DNA of 63,993 nucleotides, filler included, from Basidiobolus ranarum (Eukaryota): NCBI GenBank assembly GCA_040143965.1. It is 5 parts of 5 records of this genome, joined end to end, with 100 filler letters (N's around TTAATTAATTAA, not from the genome) between each part and the next. Parts side by side here need not be neighbours in the genome. Positions count along the whole stretch, not along the records: positions 39,297 to 52,279 come from JASJQH010000511.1; positions 52,380 to 63,993 come from JASJQH010000602.1; 3 more parts are not named here. One strand, 5' to 3'. Shown piece by piece: positions 39,297 to 53,186 of this stretch (position 1 is its first letter; each line of letters starts with the position of its first letter). The notes under the pieces were generated by a model. It saw only the letters and a program-made list of their open reading frames with translations, ran no database searches and was not told where the DNA came from. The position numbers and the translations under genes were made by a program.

Positions 39297-40204
39297 AAAA
39301 TGAAGCATGATGGGGAACACGAAATAAATTACCCAATTGGACTATTGTTCCGGACTGAATGACATAAGATACAGGGCAAATACTCCATCATTGTTGCGAA
39401 TCAGTATACTATCAGAATGAATCTCCATACCAAAGCTATTGGTAGCAATAGAAAACGGCTGACTTGCCAGAAACCGCCTTCTAAAATGACTGGTGATTGC
39501 TTGTATGAACATTGATTAGTAATTTAAATCCATTGTAATGTGAGACTATAGTGTAGCAGTGACTATCTATTCAACAAATTGGTACCACACTGAGGAAAAG
39601 ATTCATGCAGATTAATGTTCGAGGCAGGACTATTATGTTTTGGTGCATACTGATGGCTTTTGCTTCAGGAGAAATCATGGTATTGGAAATGGGACTCTGA
39701 GTAAGGCTGTTCCACCTGAGAATATATTGCTTGTGAATACTAATTGGTCGTTGGAATCGATGCTTCTGAGAGAAGGTGATTTGAGTCCATCCAAACACCA
39801 GCCATTCCAATTTTACCGGTATTCAACTAACCAAATGGTTTGATTCAATTTCTGCATGCATTAGTTGTGGATATAATATATTACTAGGTGAGAATTAGTC
39901 GAGATTAAGGTTTTAATATATTGATTGTGCAGGATGAATTATAGGTAACGAACTTCATCAGTAGTAACTACTCTATTTAATAATTAATTTACTCCTACTT
40001 CGATCCTGGTTCACATCCAATTCTAGCCCCTCAAACCCCTTCCCGAACCCTGATATAGAATACAAAATGCTTGCTGCCTCCTACTTTGCTCAACTATTCT
40101 TATTGTCTTGTGGGCTGGCTTCCCGATATATTTGGTATCAGAAGCAACTTTAACAAGAGTCTTGCCTACTTACATTCCTCTATTCAATACCTTGTTACGT
40201 TCAG

Positions 40205-42229
40205 ATGTCTTTGAAATTATCTCCACAAAGTACATAGAACTTCACTTTTTTAAAAGAAAGAGCTATCCCTGGGACCAGCATCTTAACTAATAGCTTTTTT
40301 CTCTTTCTATCATAACAGAGGATAAGACGGCAGACTCCGAGCCTTTATCTCCCAGATTTAAAGCTCCCAAATCTGGTACTTTACTTATTCGAGTGGCTGA
40401 AGCCAAAAACCTTTCTTTACCTGCCAGTGCTAAAGCGACCGATAAGTTGGAAGCCTGGAGATTACCCTATGTTGTGCTAGAGTTCGACAGGAATGACTTA
40501 CTCATTGAAGCTTTAGGAGGTGAACAAGAAAATCCTGTTTGGAAGTATAAAGCTAACTTGTAAGAAAATCTGGTTTATGGAATTTTTCTCAAAGCTTTAC
40601 TAACTTATGTCTCTTCTTTTGTTGCTCAGTGACGTCTCCTGTGAGACCGAAGTAACTGTATCTATGTATGTTAGAACCGAAGACCCTAAAAAATCTTCTG
40701 GTAAAGCTGTACTTTTAGGTTCAGTTCAGATAACGCCCGAGTTTGCTGACGGGGTAAGTTCATCAGGCATTTCAAAAGCAGTGGCTTCCTGAAGAAATTT
40801 CTAAAAATTAATGAATATGTATCATCATCAATGGAATATAGCGACTCCAAGATGACTGGTTTGCAGTCAAAGGTGGAGAAGGTCATATTAGAGTTCAATT
40901 ATGTTACAAAAGGATTGACGTAAGCTTTATGTGCAAGTTCTTTTGAAATACTTCTCACATTTTAACCTATTCAATCTTTGCTTGTACAGAGAGCTAACCC
41001 TCTATCTGTTGATGACTTTGATTTGTTGAAATTAATCGGCAAAGGAAGCTTTGGCAAGGTAACCCGGTGTCCTTTATCTACTTTCTTTCACAACTGCTAA
41101 TGCTAGTTAACAGGTGATGCAAGTGCGTAAAATCGATACGAACCGAATTTATGCTATGAAGATTTTGAACAAATCCAAGATCGTCTCTCGAGATGAAGTT
41201 ACCCATACACTTGCTGAAAGAACTGTTTTAGGGCAAATTGATCATCCATTCATCGTGCCTCTAAAATTCTCGTTTCAAAGTCCCGGTAAATTGTATCTTA
41301 TTTTGGCCTTTGTGAATGGTGGCGAGCTTTTCTTGCATCTCCAGCGCGAAGGGCGCTTCGATGAAACGCGCAGTCGGTTTTACGCAGCCGAGCTACTCTG
41401 TGCTCTCGATCGCCTTCACAGCTACAATGTAATCTATCGTGATCTCAAACCCGAGAACATCCTTCTGGACTATAATGGGCATATTGCTTTATGCGATTTT
41501 GGTCTTTGTAAATTGAATATGAACCAAAATGAAACCACCAATACCTTCTGCGGTACTCCCGAATACCTTGCTCCTGAACTCCTCTACGGGCAAGGCTATA
41601 CAAAGACAGTGGATTGGTGGACGTTTGGTGTATTACTTTTTGAAATGTTAACCGGACTACCACCTTTCTATGACGAAAACACTCATGAGATGTACCGTAA
41701 AATCGTTGAGGACAAGTTGAGATACCCTGATCATGTGAGCCCGCAGGCGAGAAGTCTCTTAAATGGGGTAAGTTGCTGAAATTCACTTGACTGGCATAAT
41801 CCAATCTATTGACCTGTTTTATCTTGATGTGCCATCGTAGCTGTTGGAACGAGACCCTGTTAAGCGTTTAGGAAACAATGGTGCTGATGAGATTAAGTCG
41901 CATCCATTCTTTTCCGAGATTGATTGGGCCAAGCTACTTGCCAAACGGTACCAGCCTCCATTTAAGCCTAATGTGGTATGTTCACACAGTAGTTGAAGAG
42001 AATGGCAGATATTTGGGTTATTAAATTTTCGTTGGACATGTAGGCTTCTGCATTTGATACTTCTAACTTTGACGTGGAATTTACTTCAGAAGTGCCACAT
42101 GATTCTGTGGCAGAGGACTCTCGATTATCTGAGACTATTCAACAGCAGTTTGCTGGCTTTACGTATGAAGGGGATGGTGCTCTCTCTTTAGCAGCCAGTG
42201 TAGGGGGTATGGGTAGAAGCATGGGCTAG
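40205..42229 (+). CDS. YPK1: AGC Ser/Thr kinase Ypk1/Gad8 (C2 domain + kinase + hydrophobic motif); multi-exon
   Basis: MSLKLSPQ|K (intron 40230-40318); C2 '[24 protein letters not shown]'; '[14 protein letters not shown]', '[12 protein letters not shown]', 'YRDLKPEN', '[10 protein letters not shown]', 'QQFAGFTY'; stop 42227-42229. Confidence 0.94.
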
Positions 42230-45200
42230 ATTATTCTGGACTATTTGTTTACGTCCCGTCACCTTGACGCATGCACCACAATCTACATCACAGTCCACCA
42301 AGAAAACTCTCCACTTTTACGGCCGCTTTTACCCTTCTGTATAAGTAATGAATTATGTGTCCACTAAGTCGTATCAAAAATCTTCAAAAAAAAACCGTTA
42401 CTTTCTTTCTTTCATTCACTTGATTCCCTTTCAAATTTATATCAATAGTTATTCGATTGAACTTTGGCGAGAATCCTCGATTGAGAGAGATTGCTAGGTA
42501 GATGCCTACTTGATCTAGCATTATCCCAGTTTCATAGGTTCAGATACCTTGTAATTCGTCGTGGTCATCATTTTCAAGGATCTTGTTTCGTTTCTATATA
42601 TCACCAGCTTAATTTTAATTTTATGTATATCGCCAGGATCTCCTTACCTTTACGCTCATTATGTTCCACGCTCTTCATATATTCATTAAACCACCTCCCT
42701 TTTCTGCATATCTCAACGTTAATATTCTTTTACTGGCCATTTCTGCAAAAAATAGCATATATTACAAGCTATATCCTACCAGGAGGAATCGTGCCCACGA
42801 TCTAAGTAGACACATCTTAGCAAGTGAAGTACGATGTAGAAACTTCAATGATGACCATGGTTTCTCCGTAGCGTCGTATAGAATGGCCTCATAAACGGCT
42901 AAATATCAACAAATTACAATTTAGACATAAAAGAATGTCAGTCTCACACAAGTGTTCTATATTCCTTTACTCAGCACAACAAGTGTATGAGACTAGATGT
43001 TTTGCGCATATCGACACCAAGTTCAGCTATTCCTACATTACCTTTTAGACACGAATTCAAATGAAACAATAAGCAATGGTACTAGTCATCACTACACTCA
43101 TAATAATCTTGGATTCAATCATTCGATTTAACCGGCAGAATCATCGATGTGGCTCCATTGTTAGGCTATGTGTCAATAGAGGCAGCTTGAATCGAAACCA
43201 GATCACGTAAAACAGATAAGCGCCAGCTATTGTGTTCAAGACAAATGATTAACCAATCCTCGGATAAATTCATCCAGCTATATTGCCATTATGAATCATT
43301 GGTATTGTGTCTAGTCAGTTCGAATTGTCGTCCATAACACAAAGAAAGCCTCTCACTCAGGAGTGCGGATATACCATTGATCCTGTCATTGTAGCCTATA
43401 TGAAAGGTATTTTATTCCACACTGACTGAGGTATCTTCAATGTGCATGTCTTTGGGACTTGTGGCTAAGATTCCATTTTATATTCGCATGGTTCTATGCA
43501 AAAGGAGTATCGGAATGCATGTGCTTTTTAACTGCTACACTCCAGAAACAAAGATCAAGTCCAGTTAGTGATCTTGTATCATCAGTCAACGGAGATTTTC
43601 TTTCAGGTACAGCCCTTTAGATGGCGTGATTAAAGTTTATATGGTAGTCTCCCTACTAGCATTTATCGATATAGGTCAAGTGATATATAGATATAAGGGT
43701 TTGAAATTGCACTGCTCCTATCTCAGTGTGACTCACCGTAAGCGCAGTTGAATATGTTGTTGGCAATCTTTATGCCTCCTCTACTTTGCCTGGGAGTATC
43801 TCCTTGGTTGAAGCGAGGCAGTCAAGTACCCAACGGTTTCAGATCTCCCAACCCACCATGAACCAGATGACAAGATAAAATACTGGATTACTACCATTTG
43901 AGTCGCCTCTCCGAGTAAAGGGGAGGGATTGGAGAGAGGGGACAAGAAGTCGACGCGCTCTTGATGTATTGGTAGCAGGTATTCAAAAGCCTGTGTAATT
44001 GTGATAAGGTAGAATGACACCAACAAATGACCATCATTGAGACTGAATCAAACATTTAATTATGATTGATATGTAACTGGCTGTGGGTTAATCTCTTTAC
44101 TTGGTCTCCATTTACCTTTACGTTGCCAGTGATGGAAATATGATATGATATGTAATGATGGTCTGAGAAAGCTTCATGTAACTAGTCTAATCCCCCGGGA
44201 GGTGAGTTAAATCTAGAGAGTCTTGGATGTACTGAATGCTTGTGACAATGAGCGACCGCCATAAAAGTGGTTGGGCTGAAAAGTGCATCTCCAAAACCTA
44301 GTAGCATATCTTTTTGTAACGATCAGTTTCATTTGTATGATTCTAGTTGCAATAGATAAGATATTAATAAATACGTTTTGTTTCAAGCCATTAGGAGAGA
44401 TTAAGAGGATTTTCGCAGGAAATGACAGCCACACATGATAAATCTGGCTGTGGTACGAGGCTCCTTCCTCACCCCATCAGTACTTTTATCTTGTAGCATC
44501 TATTGCATCCTAAAATTAGATATTACAGACTCACAATAACCCCGTTCCAAGAGACGTGTGAGTCAAAGAAAGATTAGGTAGTGATTAGCTGAAAGTTAAG
44601 GGATTTACTTCGCGTATTACTCCATAGCTTACAATACACATTCATCACGAATAATTTGTACTGCAAACTCATGCGTAGCTTTTGTAACAAGCTTCTGCTT
44701 TTCTTATCGAGAGTCTATGTCTCTTGACAAGCTCTATGAAATTCTAAACACGTCGTTATGGCCAAATACATAGCTAAATATGTCCTAATGACGAGAACCA
44801 GAGAGCATTCAAGCGAGGTGCTATAGGAGCATTTACTTGTATACATTCGATGCAGGTATCAGCTAATCCTGATGAAGGATGAAACATGTTCCGGATGCTT
44901 GGAATTTGAACTGGACATTGGTGATCCGACTTTGCGAAGAGTTCTCCAAATATTGTATTGAAAGCCATACAGTTTGATTTGTTTTCGATACACAACCCAC
45001 AATATAAATACTAATCAGACTCAAGTGACTGACTTATTGTGCGCTTCAGCTGCAAACAAAATCAGAACTCAGCAAATTATATTACTGTAATATGTTCTGA
45101 TCAGATGGCAACCGCGTCACAATTGGCAGAAAGGACTCGATTTTCTCCCTTCCAATAGCAAGGTTGTTGGTTTCTCAAATTTATGTTGGGTGGTTGGTAG

Positions 45201-45302
45201 ATGTCTAGTACGAAAACACTATATATAGCACACTGTAAGATGCGGTGATATGTAACGCGACTGTGAATCTCTACCCCCTCATCCACCTCCTCATCCAGAT
45301 AA

Positions 45303-45659
<357 letters not shown>

Positions 45660-48391
45660 TCCGCATACGTAGCTAACTTGCTTTCTGAATCACCTTATTT
45701 TGCCCTAATATTGCGTTCTTTGGCAACGACTTCTTGACTAGGAGCATACCAGTTATCTGAATCCCAGTTGAGAAATCGCTTAGTGTATTCTGTCCAACTA
45801 AGCTCTACGCATAGAGCGTGTCTATGCTATATCCTCCTAATTTGACGGATTAAAAGGACTATTTTGCTTGTCAACATAATGTCATGTCATTTTTCCTACA
45901 CTTTCCATTCTTATGCGAATACGTTACTATGAATACTGTGCAATTAAATTATTCTCTTTATCTAGTCACCACATCATGTGAAATAATACTAGTAGCATGA
46001 TTACAAGTCTTCCCATTAATTGAGATAAAGTGAAGTGCTTGGCGATATTCTCCTAGCACAACTTAGGATTGGTTTGCATGATTCCTACGTCTCTTCTTGT
46101 TGGACCAGTTCCACAATATTTATCACATCACATCACCGCTCACAGTTTGAAACTAAAATTGCTTCTTGACTCTCAATATGTTACAAGCAGGTTTTGACAA
46201 CTGCAGAAATAGCTATTTACTGATTTTGCCTACTTGTGGGTCATCTATTTACGGAATTGTTAACGCTATCAACATCATTCCATGGCTGTTTCTGTCTTTA
46301 ATTTTCCCAAAGTTCAGCACTCCACTCTTAGCTTAGCATGTATTGATTTTTAGCTGTTACAGAAGATTTTTCTGGATTGTTGAAACCAACGCACATTGCC
46401 TAGTTCTTCCATGTTGCATTTGCTATTTTGTTAGTACTTCCATCATCAAGAATATAATGGACGTGTACTTTATTTTGGATTATTCCTGCGTCGACTTACT
46501 ATAGGTCCAGTAAGGAAGTCTAACTCCAACGTTCCTTTTTCCATAATGTGCAACGAAGAAAGGAATTCTAAATATTGTGATATGCGTGGTACAACAGTAA
46601 AGATTAGTGGCGGTCATGCTTTATTCTTGACATTGCGACTAATAGATGGCCAGTTTATCGTGAACGTGTAACTCCTGTTGGGATATTCCTGATAATCACA
46701 TAACCACTTGTATATCAAGCTTCGTACATTTATTGATAATCTGTGAATATTGAATATATTACCAAAATTAGAGCATTGTGAAGGAGTTTTTAACAAATGA
46801 GGTTGTTATCAACAGAGCTTTTTATTAATTTACTTGAAATAAAGTACTCGTATTCTTTAGTGGATATACAGAAAACAAGCTATATTAGACTTGAAATTTC
46901 AATGTGTTTACAGCTAACTGATGTTTGCCTACATAATTCTAGTTAGCTTAGCTGTGACATATTAGACGATTAGTAATCAAGCTGATACACTCATACATGT
47001 TACATATTTCATCTAAACGTTAACAGCAGTACATTCTAATCTTGGATACTCAAGAGAACTTCAATGTTTAAAAATTGTACAAACTTGTTATCTTTCAGTT
47101 TGCAGAAGTTTATTGTCTTTACTATATTTTTCATCCATATCAGATATACTTGGCTATTTTTTAAAGCATATTTGACTTAGCATACATTATTTAGCAAAAC
47201 ATTACTATGTTAAACATTGAAGTCTATATCTAGTGTATATGTGAAGTATCAATATATCATGCCTGATGATGTATGAGAATTATGTTGTCACTGGCTTCAA
47301 TATTGACATTTTCCCATCAATTCTACAACTTATGCAAAATATATCTGTAGTTGAAAACGCAGACTCTTGCATGCATAAGCACTGATGTCTGAAGTATTAA
47401 CAGCTATAAATAGTTTCGAAAAAAAGATATAATACTGGCACTGCAATGATTCAAACAATGGCACATTGATGTTGTTGGAAGAACTTGAAGTGCTTGGAAG
47501 TAGGATTGAGAGATGGAGTTATTGTGAGTTTGAGAGGTGTTTATTTTGATCAGAAATAATGTCGTTATGCTTTTTAGTAGAAACCCAGAAAATGAATAAT
47601 TGAGTTTTGTTCCAAGCATCTGTGAGCAGATGAGTCATCCTCTTGATAATTTGAATGGCTTTGAGTTTTCAAGTTCAGCATTATTAATGTTGGATAACTC
47701 ACATATGTCCTTAATATAGGCTCCAATTGAGAACTAAATGATGTTTGAATAAATAATGCAAACTAACTTAGATGTGTAAACATAGGGATAACAAATATGA
47801 TAAAGATAGTAAATTTTAACATATTTGTACAGAAGACGTATCGCCAATAGGTTGATTGATACAAGCGCCTTTACTTCAATGTAACAATTGAAGAATATAT
47901 CAACGTAGGAGGTGGTAGGAAATTCAATTCACCAAGACGGGCTCATGCATCCAAACATTAATCAATCACATTCTGCTAATATAATTTTACTGCCATGAAT
48001 TTGATGGCACCACAACTTAAGCATACTACGGGGAAAGAACTACATAAATGATTGAAGAATGACAACACTCATAATAGGCACATTAGAAATATAGAGTTCC
48101 TTTGATTCGCCAATTTACTACGTAGAGTCGCGATTGCAAATCTATCCAGTCTCCGACTATTATCTTGCAGACACTTTGTTCTTCGCTAAATATTACTAAA
48201 GTTGACTAAGACTTGAGAAATAAAAGAACTGGTGATGCATAGTGCCAAATATGTTATGAAGAGTAGATGATGCATCGATTTTACTGGGGATATGACAGGT
48301 ATATTAAGGTTGGTAGGTGCGAAGAATGCTTATTAGAGGGGGAAGGCAGTAATGGAAATACAAACCACATCTATATAGGTATTGAAATGGA

Positions 48392-49361
48392 TTAACAGCA
48401 GTCAAAATATTTCGTAGAGGACCTTGTAGGTAAACTAAACGAGCTAGTATTTCTAATATCACCATCCCCAAACATATCAAATTCCATTTGGGGGATTTTC
48501 ACCATCTTAGCGATATAGCTAAATGCTTGTTCCACGTTCGTTCCTTCTTTAGCGCTTGCTTCAAAGCAAGGTATCTCCATGGTTTTCCCACTGTGACGTA
48601 AAGCAAAAGCTTTCGCTTGTCTACGAGATACCACTCTTTCATCGATATCGATCTTATTGCCTATCATAACAAATGGAAATTCTGTTGGGTCAGCTACTCC
48701 AGCTTGCTTTAGAAACTCGGTTCTCCAACGCTCCAGGTGCTCAAATGTAAGGTAATTATTAACGTCGTACACTAATACACAAGCATCAGCACCTCTATAA
48801 AATGCCACACCTAACGACTGAAAACGTTCTTGACCTAAGAGAGGTTATCGAGTTAACTTTATGAATCGAAGAAACAGATAAGAATCAGTGTGGAGTAGAG
48901 GAATTGGAGAACCTTACCTGCAGTGTCCCATATTTGAAGCATGACATTCTTTCCGTCTTCCAATTTTACTTCCTTAGCAATAAAATCGGCACCTATAGTA
49001 GCTTTATAGGCATTTGTGAAGCGTTTATGTATGAACTATAAGGAAGTTTTAGAGGATATAAGTAATAGTAGTTTAGTTTTCAAGTATAGGGAAGAGAATA
49101 CTGACTTGGTTACGCAATGAAGTCTATTTGATTTGGTTATTATTAAATTGAGAAGAGTCAAATAAGATACGGAGGTTCAAGTTTAGAAGAAACCAAGGGA
49201 AGTAGGAAACCGAGTTAGTTTCTTTTATCAAAAATAAGGATGGGTTTGACATCCAGTCTTTTTTATCAGCCAATACTTCTTTAATAAATATATTTAATAA
49301 AACTAACTTTTCCAACTCCGCCATCCCCGATCAAAACAACTTTGAGTATCTCTTTAGCCAT
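48392..49361 (-). CDS. Rab7/Ypt7-like small GTPase (4 exons including an 18-nt microexon)
   Basis: [77 protein letters not shown] prenylation end. Confidence 0.93.
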
Positions 49362-50801
49362 ACCTAATTAGCTTCACGTAAATGGGAACAACTGAAGGTT
49401 ATTTCAGTCAAGTAAGGAAAATTCTGATAGAGAGTCGTGAGGTGAAAAGGAGGAGAAGATTGATGTGTTAAGATATGGCAAGTGGTCAAGGGAAGTCAAC
49501 CCAAAAAACAAGCTTTTAGAGAAAGGAAAAAGGAACAAAAATGTGACTTTTAGTTAGATTCTTAAGAAATCCCGAAAATTAAGGTGTGATCGCTAAAAGT
49601 AGAAAAATCCTGAAAGAAATAGATTGATGTTAGGTAAGGGACAATGGGGGTGTTGGGTTAGGTCCGATATATCCACGAGCTAAAATTTTAAGTTGTAATA
49701 AGGAAAGAGCAGTTTGTGAACCTGCCAGGGCCTTGTCCCAAGGAACCAAGCCTTAGTTCTTTCTAAGCAGGGCAAAAGGCTTTTTCAACCGCGAAGAATT
49801 TTCAGCCTCTTGGACCTAGCACCCAAACTCTATAAATCTGGACCCAACTCTGAAAAAGTGATCCTGGGAATAATTGGATCCAAATCATGTGAAAATTATT
49901 ATGAACGCCCTATATAGCACTTGGAACGTATTAAAAGTAGCCAAAACAGTATGTGGGGTTTGTATAAAAAGGGCCGGTGTATCACCCAAACGAGAGTGGG
50001 GAATGCTAACTACAAGGCGCAGGATGCAAATGACATCTTCATGTTGGTCGGAGGTGAGTTCGCCAATGCAATAGAATATCTTGCAAACGTTTCATACCAA
50101 AGGGTAGCGATAACCGTTCGAATGCTAGTTTATTGGTAATGAGAGCCTGATTGCGTAATACAATCTTGAGATTTTGAAAATAATGCTCAATCTATATTCA
50201 TCTTTCATGCACTGAAGCAAGGTGTTTAATGGTCTCTTGGATTAGACAAAGGTTATTGAAGGCTCAAAATTCAATTCACCGCTAGATATGGCTAGTTAGC
50301 TGATAAGATATGCTTTATAGTTGGGTAAGGTTTAATTCCACCATTGGTGTACAGATTTGTGCTATCTAGATTTGTTACTAATGATTTAGTGTGGATTGTT
50401 TCTAAATTAGAAAAAGGGTGGAGCTGGCTTTTCGGGGTCAACCAAAAAAGGCCAATAATCCTAGAAAAAGAGTTTGATAGCGATGAGTAAAAGTATATTT
50501 TCAAAGAGTAGCAACATACGGAAATGGAATGTCAATTATATGAGGGTAAAGATACGGCAGTGATTAAATAAGCTAGGTATGAGTGTGTCTTTAAGAGACA
50601 GCTTCTCTAAGTTGCTGTGTAGAGTAACAAGCATGAGATACATAATCTAGTGCCGACAACAAAATGTTTCCAAGGACTCAGGCTAAGCAGGAATATTGTA
50701 TAAAAAAAAAGGTGAGGCCGGTAGCTTCCTTCCTTTATTCAATACCGATGATATTAACAAGGAAGAGATTGTTCGAACAAAAATCAACATTCCGATGCCC
50801 T

Positions 50802-51617
50802 TCAAAATGGTTTGTTTGCTTCTTCTACAAGTTTGATCTGTTCTTGTTGCAACCTAAGCTGCTCTCTAAATTGGCTACGATAAAGTCGGCGTTGGATCGT
50901 TCCTGCTCCGAACACAATCAGTCCGACCCCAAAGACTATGGAGTAAATATATAACCCAATAGGTGTGGTCTGAATAGTCGTTCCATCTCCATACTGGCTT
51001 GGGTCGGAGGCAGAAGAAGAAGGCTTTGGAAGCGGTAGAGAGGCTCGAAAGTATGGTCCAAAGGGTTTGGATTGGACGCTAGAATCTATTGGCATATTTG
51101 AATAATCGAACGGGGAAACCAAAGGAACACCCGGACCATCTCCGGGAGACGAGCTCATCACTAATGTGTACGAGGTAGGCATCGTAACATTAGCAAGAGT
51201 CCCTCGAGCAACTCCTCGTTGTGGAAGGAACTGCCCATTAAAGAGATAAGAGTCTGATAAAGCCGTAGAGTTGGTCGCTGGCAAGATGACATACCATCCA
51301 CTACGATATCTTTCTAGTGTCCAATCTCCCCAATACTCATTAATTTTAGTCTTGAGATCACTGAAGATGAACTTTAAACTCCATTTAGAATTTAAGGAGG
51401 AGGCAGGAAGAGTTACGGTTATATTTCCCCCAAACAAGCCAGTCCCCTCATCTAACCATGCCACTCTATAATTGATCTGAAGGCCTAGGGGATTGGAGGG
51501 TTTTGCACTCAAGTCTCTCTTGATAATGGTTGAGAAAGCAGTGTGATCCACGACTACCGCGGAAAAAACCAGAATAGCATACACAGAGTTCCACTTCAAA
51601 CGCGAATAATTTCTCAT
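50802..51617 (-). CDS. Type I membrane protein: signal peptide, beta-rich CBM2-like ectodomain, P/S-rich stalk, one TM, short coiled tail; intronless
   Basis: Hydrophobic N-terminus, KR site, 'INYRVAW..FGGNITVT..WSLKFIF..KINEYWG', TM 'IGLYIYSIVFGVGLIVFGAGTI' followed by QRR. Confidence 0.75.
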   Translation of the reverse strand: MRNYSRLKWNSVYAILVFSAVVVDHTAFSTIIKRDLSAKPSNPLGLQINYRVAWLDEGTGLFGGNITVTLPASSLNSKWSLKFIFSDLKTKINEYWGDWTLERYRSGWYVILPATNSTALSDSYLFNGQFLPQRGVARGTLANVTMPTSYTLVMSSSPGDGPGVPLVSPFDYSNMPIDSSVQSKPFGPYFRASLPLPKPSSSASDPSQYGDGTTIQTTPIGLYIYSIVFGVGLIVFGAGTIQRRLYRSQFREQLRLQQEQIKLVEEANKPF

Positions 51618-52279
51618 ACTAAATCATATAGAATACAACCTCACACACACCCAGAAACCTATTATAATGGCAAGGTTGAAGCTTGGGTCAAGAATGACCA
51701 GAAAGTGTATTAGATGTTGGAGTTCTCAGAGACGAATTATACTCCAGGAGACAAGAAAGGTTGGAAGTAACTACTCGTTAGTTGGAGGGCAGATGATCTT
51801 TTAAAAAGGGAAGCAAGAGGAAAATGGAAAAAGAAGGAAAGCGACTAGTGACAAGAGATTAGTGAGACAAGAAAAGGAAAATGACTAGCCAAGAGACTCT
51901 TCAGAAAAAAGGAAATCACACAATTTCAAACCCACTAAAGAGCTTCGAGTTGTTTGGAGTTATGCAGCTTGAAGCAGACCTATCTGCACAAAATAAGATT
52001 CTTACAAGAGTTCGGAGATTGGTACATATTATTCAATTGTCTTCCCAGAGTACTTCCCATTCGGTAATCTTATATCTTTCGGAGTTTAAGATTGCAATGC
52101 TGTTTGTCTAGTGCGATATGATAGTGTGATTCTAATGTCGATGGCTCTGAGCAAAGATGCCTACTGGCCGACTCATTCTCCGACAATCGCAATAATAAGG
52201 ATCATTAAGAAGAATAAAGAGAATCAGGTGAATCGAGATATGACGAGCTTGAGGATCACTTGCATCGTACCTGCTATAG

Positions 52280-52379
52280 NNNNNNNNNNNNNNNNNNNNN
52301 NNNNNNNNNNNNNNNNNNNNNNNTTAATTAATTAANNNNNNNNNNNNNNNNNNNNNNNNNNNNNNNNNNNNNNNNNNNN
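52280..52379. other. Artificial contig linker
   Basis: N44-TTAATTAATTAA-N44. Confidence 0.99.
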
Positions 52380-52544
52380 ATCACTAATACAACTTAAAAT
52401 ACACGGCGTATTTCCAACGCACTTTATTATACAGGAAGTTTGAGTTAATGTACAATCAGCGGCAGACTTACCATACTCCGCACTACCTGTTACACTCATT
52501 GATATCCAGAGCAATGTGGCCAAGACAAGTACAAATACTGTCAT
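52380..52544 (-). CDS. Small secreted Cys-rich protein, 3'-truncated by contig end
   Basis: Signal-peptide-like MTVFVLVLATLLWISMSVTG, then C-x6-C-x3-C-x5-C-x3-C; TATA-like element ~70 nt upstream (52613-52620). Confidence 0.65.
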
Positions 52545-53186
52545 TATGGAGGTGAAAGTTGAAAGGCTGAAATTATATCGACATGTGAGGTTTAAGTAGT
52601 TGCTTGTGATGCCTATATAATGGTAGTGAATTGTATGGCTTTTGCAATCTTATTAGTGGTATTGATATTTATATTGGTTCCGTTGATACAAGTTATGAAT
52701 GTGTATGGAAGCACTATAAATGCAAACGTTGTGGCTTTCATAGATGTTTCTCTGTAACCCTAAACGAGCACACAAACCTGACAAGACCAAGGCATGTCAT
52801 GTGATGATGAGTGATTCTTGTGGATTGACATGAAGTTTTTGGATGATACTCATAATCCACTCATCTAGTATGACCTATGATTTTTTTTGGATCCAACATG
52901 TAAGCCAATTTAAATCCGGCAGTCATCTAGTGCTAGTCTACCAAGAACACTATCAAAATACAAGTCCCAATTATAGACTACAACTGGCAACATACCACCA
53001 ATCTAGTTATATGAACATGAGAACCCGATACATACAAGAATTATGCTGTTCTAGCCTCCACCCAACAACAAGTCGCTCACTTAAGAGCCGCCATGCACGC
53101 CTTCATCGCTGACATAAAACTATTTACTTCTTAGTGAAGGTCACTTATCCAACGAATATAGGTATATATCAATTGAGTTTCTCTTC

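Noticed and set aside
47471..47560. TGTTGGAAG.. segment resembling a reversed LTR end
   Set aside because: Similarity too short and weak to assign to the LTR family without alignment.
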